Origin: Octopus bimaculoides | Lineage: Eukaryota | Direction: 5' to 3' | DNA: 64,000 nucleotides | NCBI RefSeq assembly: GCF_001194135.2 | Contig: NC_068986.1 | Coordinates: 22,046,558 to 22,110,557, forward strand | Shown here: piece after piece, positions 63,991 through 64,000 of the stretch | How positions within the stretch are numbered: position 1 is the first letter of the stretch | How the letters are laid out: each line of letters opens with the position of its first letter | The notes under the pieces: model-generated | Told to the model about the DNA's origin: nothing | Seen by the model: the letters and a program-made list of their open reading frames with translations, nothing else | Databases searched by the model: none | Position numbers and translations under genes: made by a program

Positions 63991-64000
63991 AATTTTGAAC

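Larger units (their letters stand above)
61900..64000 (-). promoter_or_regulatory. CpG-retaining region, probable promoter/5' end of the minus-strand gene
   Basis: CpG dinucleotides are visibly more frequent outside young repeats here than in 0-61 kb (judged by eye, not computed). It coincides with the 5'-most candidate exon. Confidence 0.4.

Noticed and set aside
1-64000. CRISPR array, rRNA or prokaryotic operon
   Set aside because: No regularly spaced repeat-spacer units, no rRNA-like sequence and no long uninterrupted ORFs; the DNA is intron-rich eukaryotic sequence.

Overview
AT-rich eukaryotic genomic DNA with 11 assembly N-gaps, many microsatellites and dense SINE/LINE/MITE/Helitron content. 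The repeat families match what I recall from Octopus genomes; this taxon call is from memory and no search was run. There is no prokaryotic operon or CRISPR array, and nearly all ORFs in the supplied track are artefacts of N-runs, microsatellites or repeats. The main non-repeat signal is one long minus-strand, multi-exon protein-coding gene, reconstructed by hand from splice sites and reading phase. Candidate exons run from about 62.2 kb, in a CpG-richer 5' region, to beyond base 1. The best-supported chain is 37302-37552, 28212-28248, 24129-24191, 6139-6260, 4678-4740, 3594-3810 and 23-120. It encodes a Cys-containing N-terminal segment, one predicted transmembrane helix on its own 63-nt phase-1/phase-1 exon, a TPR-like helical hairpin, and an acidic/Ser-rich low-complexity region. 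I cannot name the gene. The TM exon could be included, skipped or read through to a stop, giving three possible topologies. The introns contain two Helitron derivatives, nested piggyBac- and mariner-derived MITEs, an R4/Dong-like 3' end, RTE LINE remnants, a Penelope-like terminus with a degenerate hammerhead motif, several long hairpins and local duplications.
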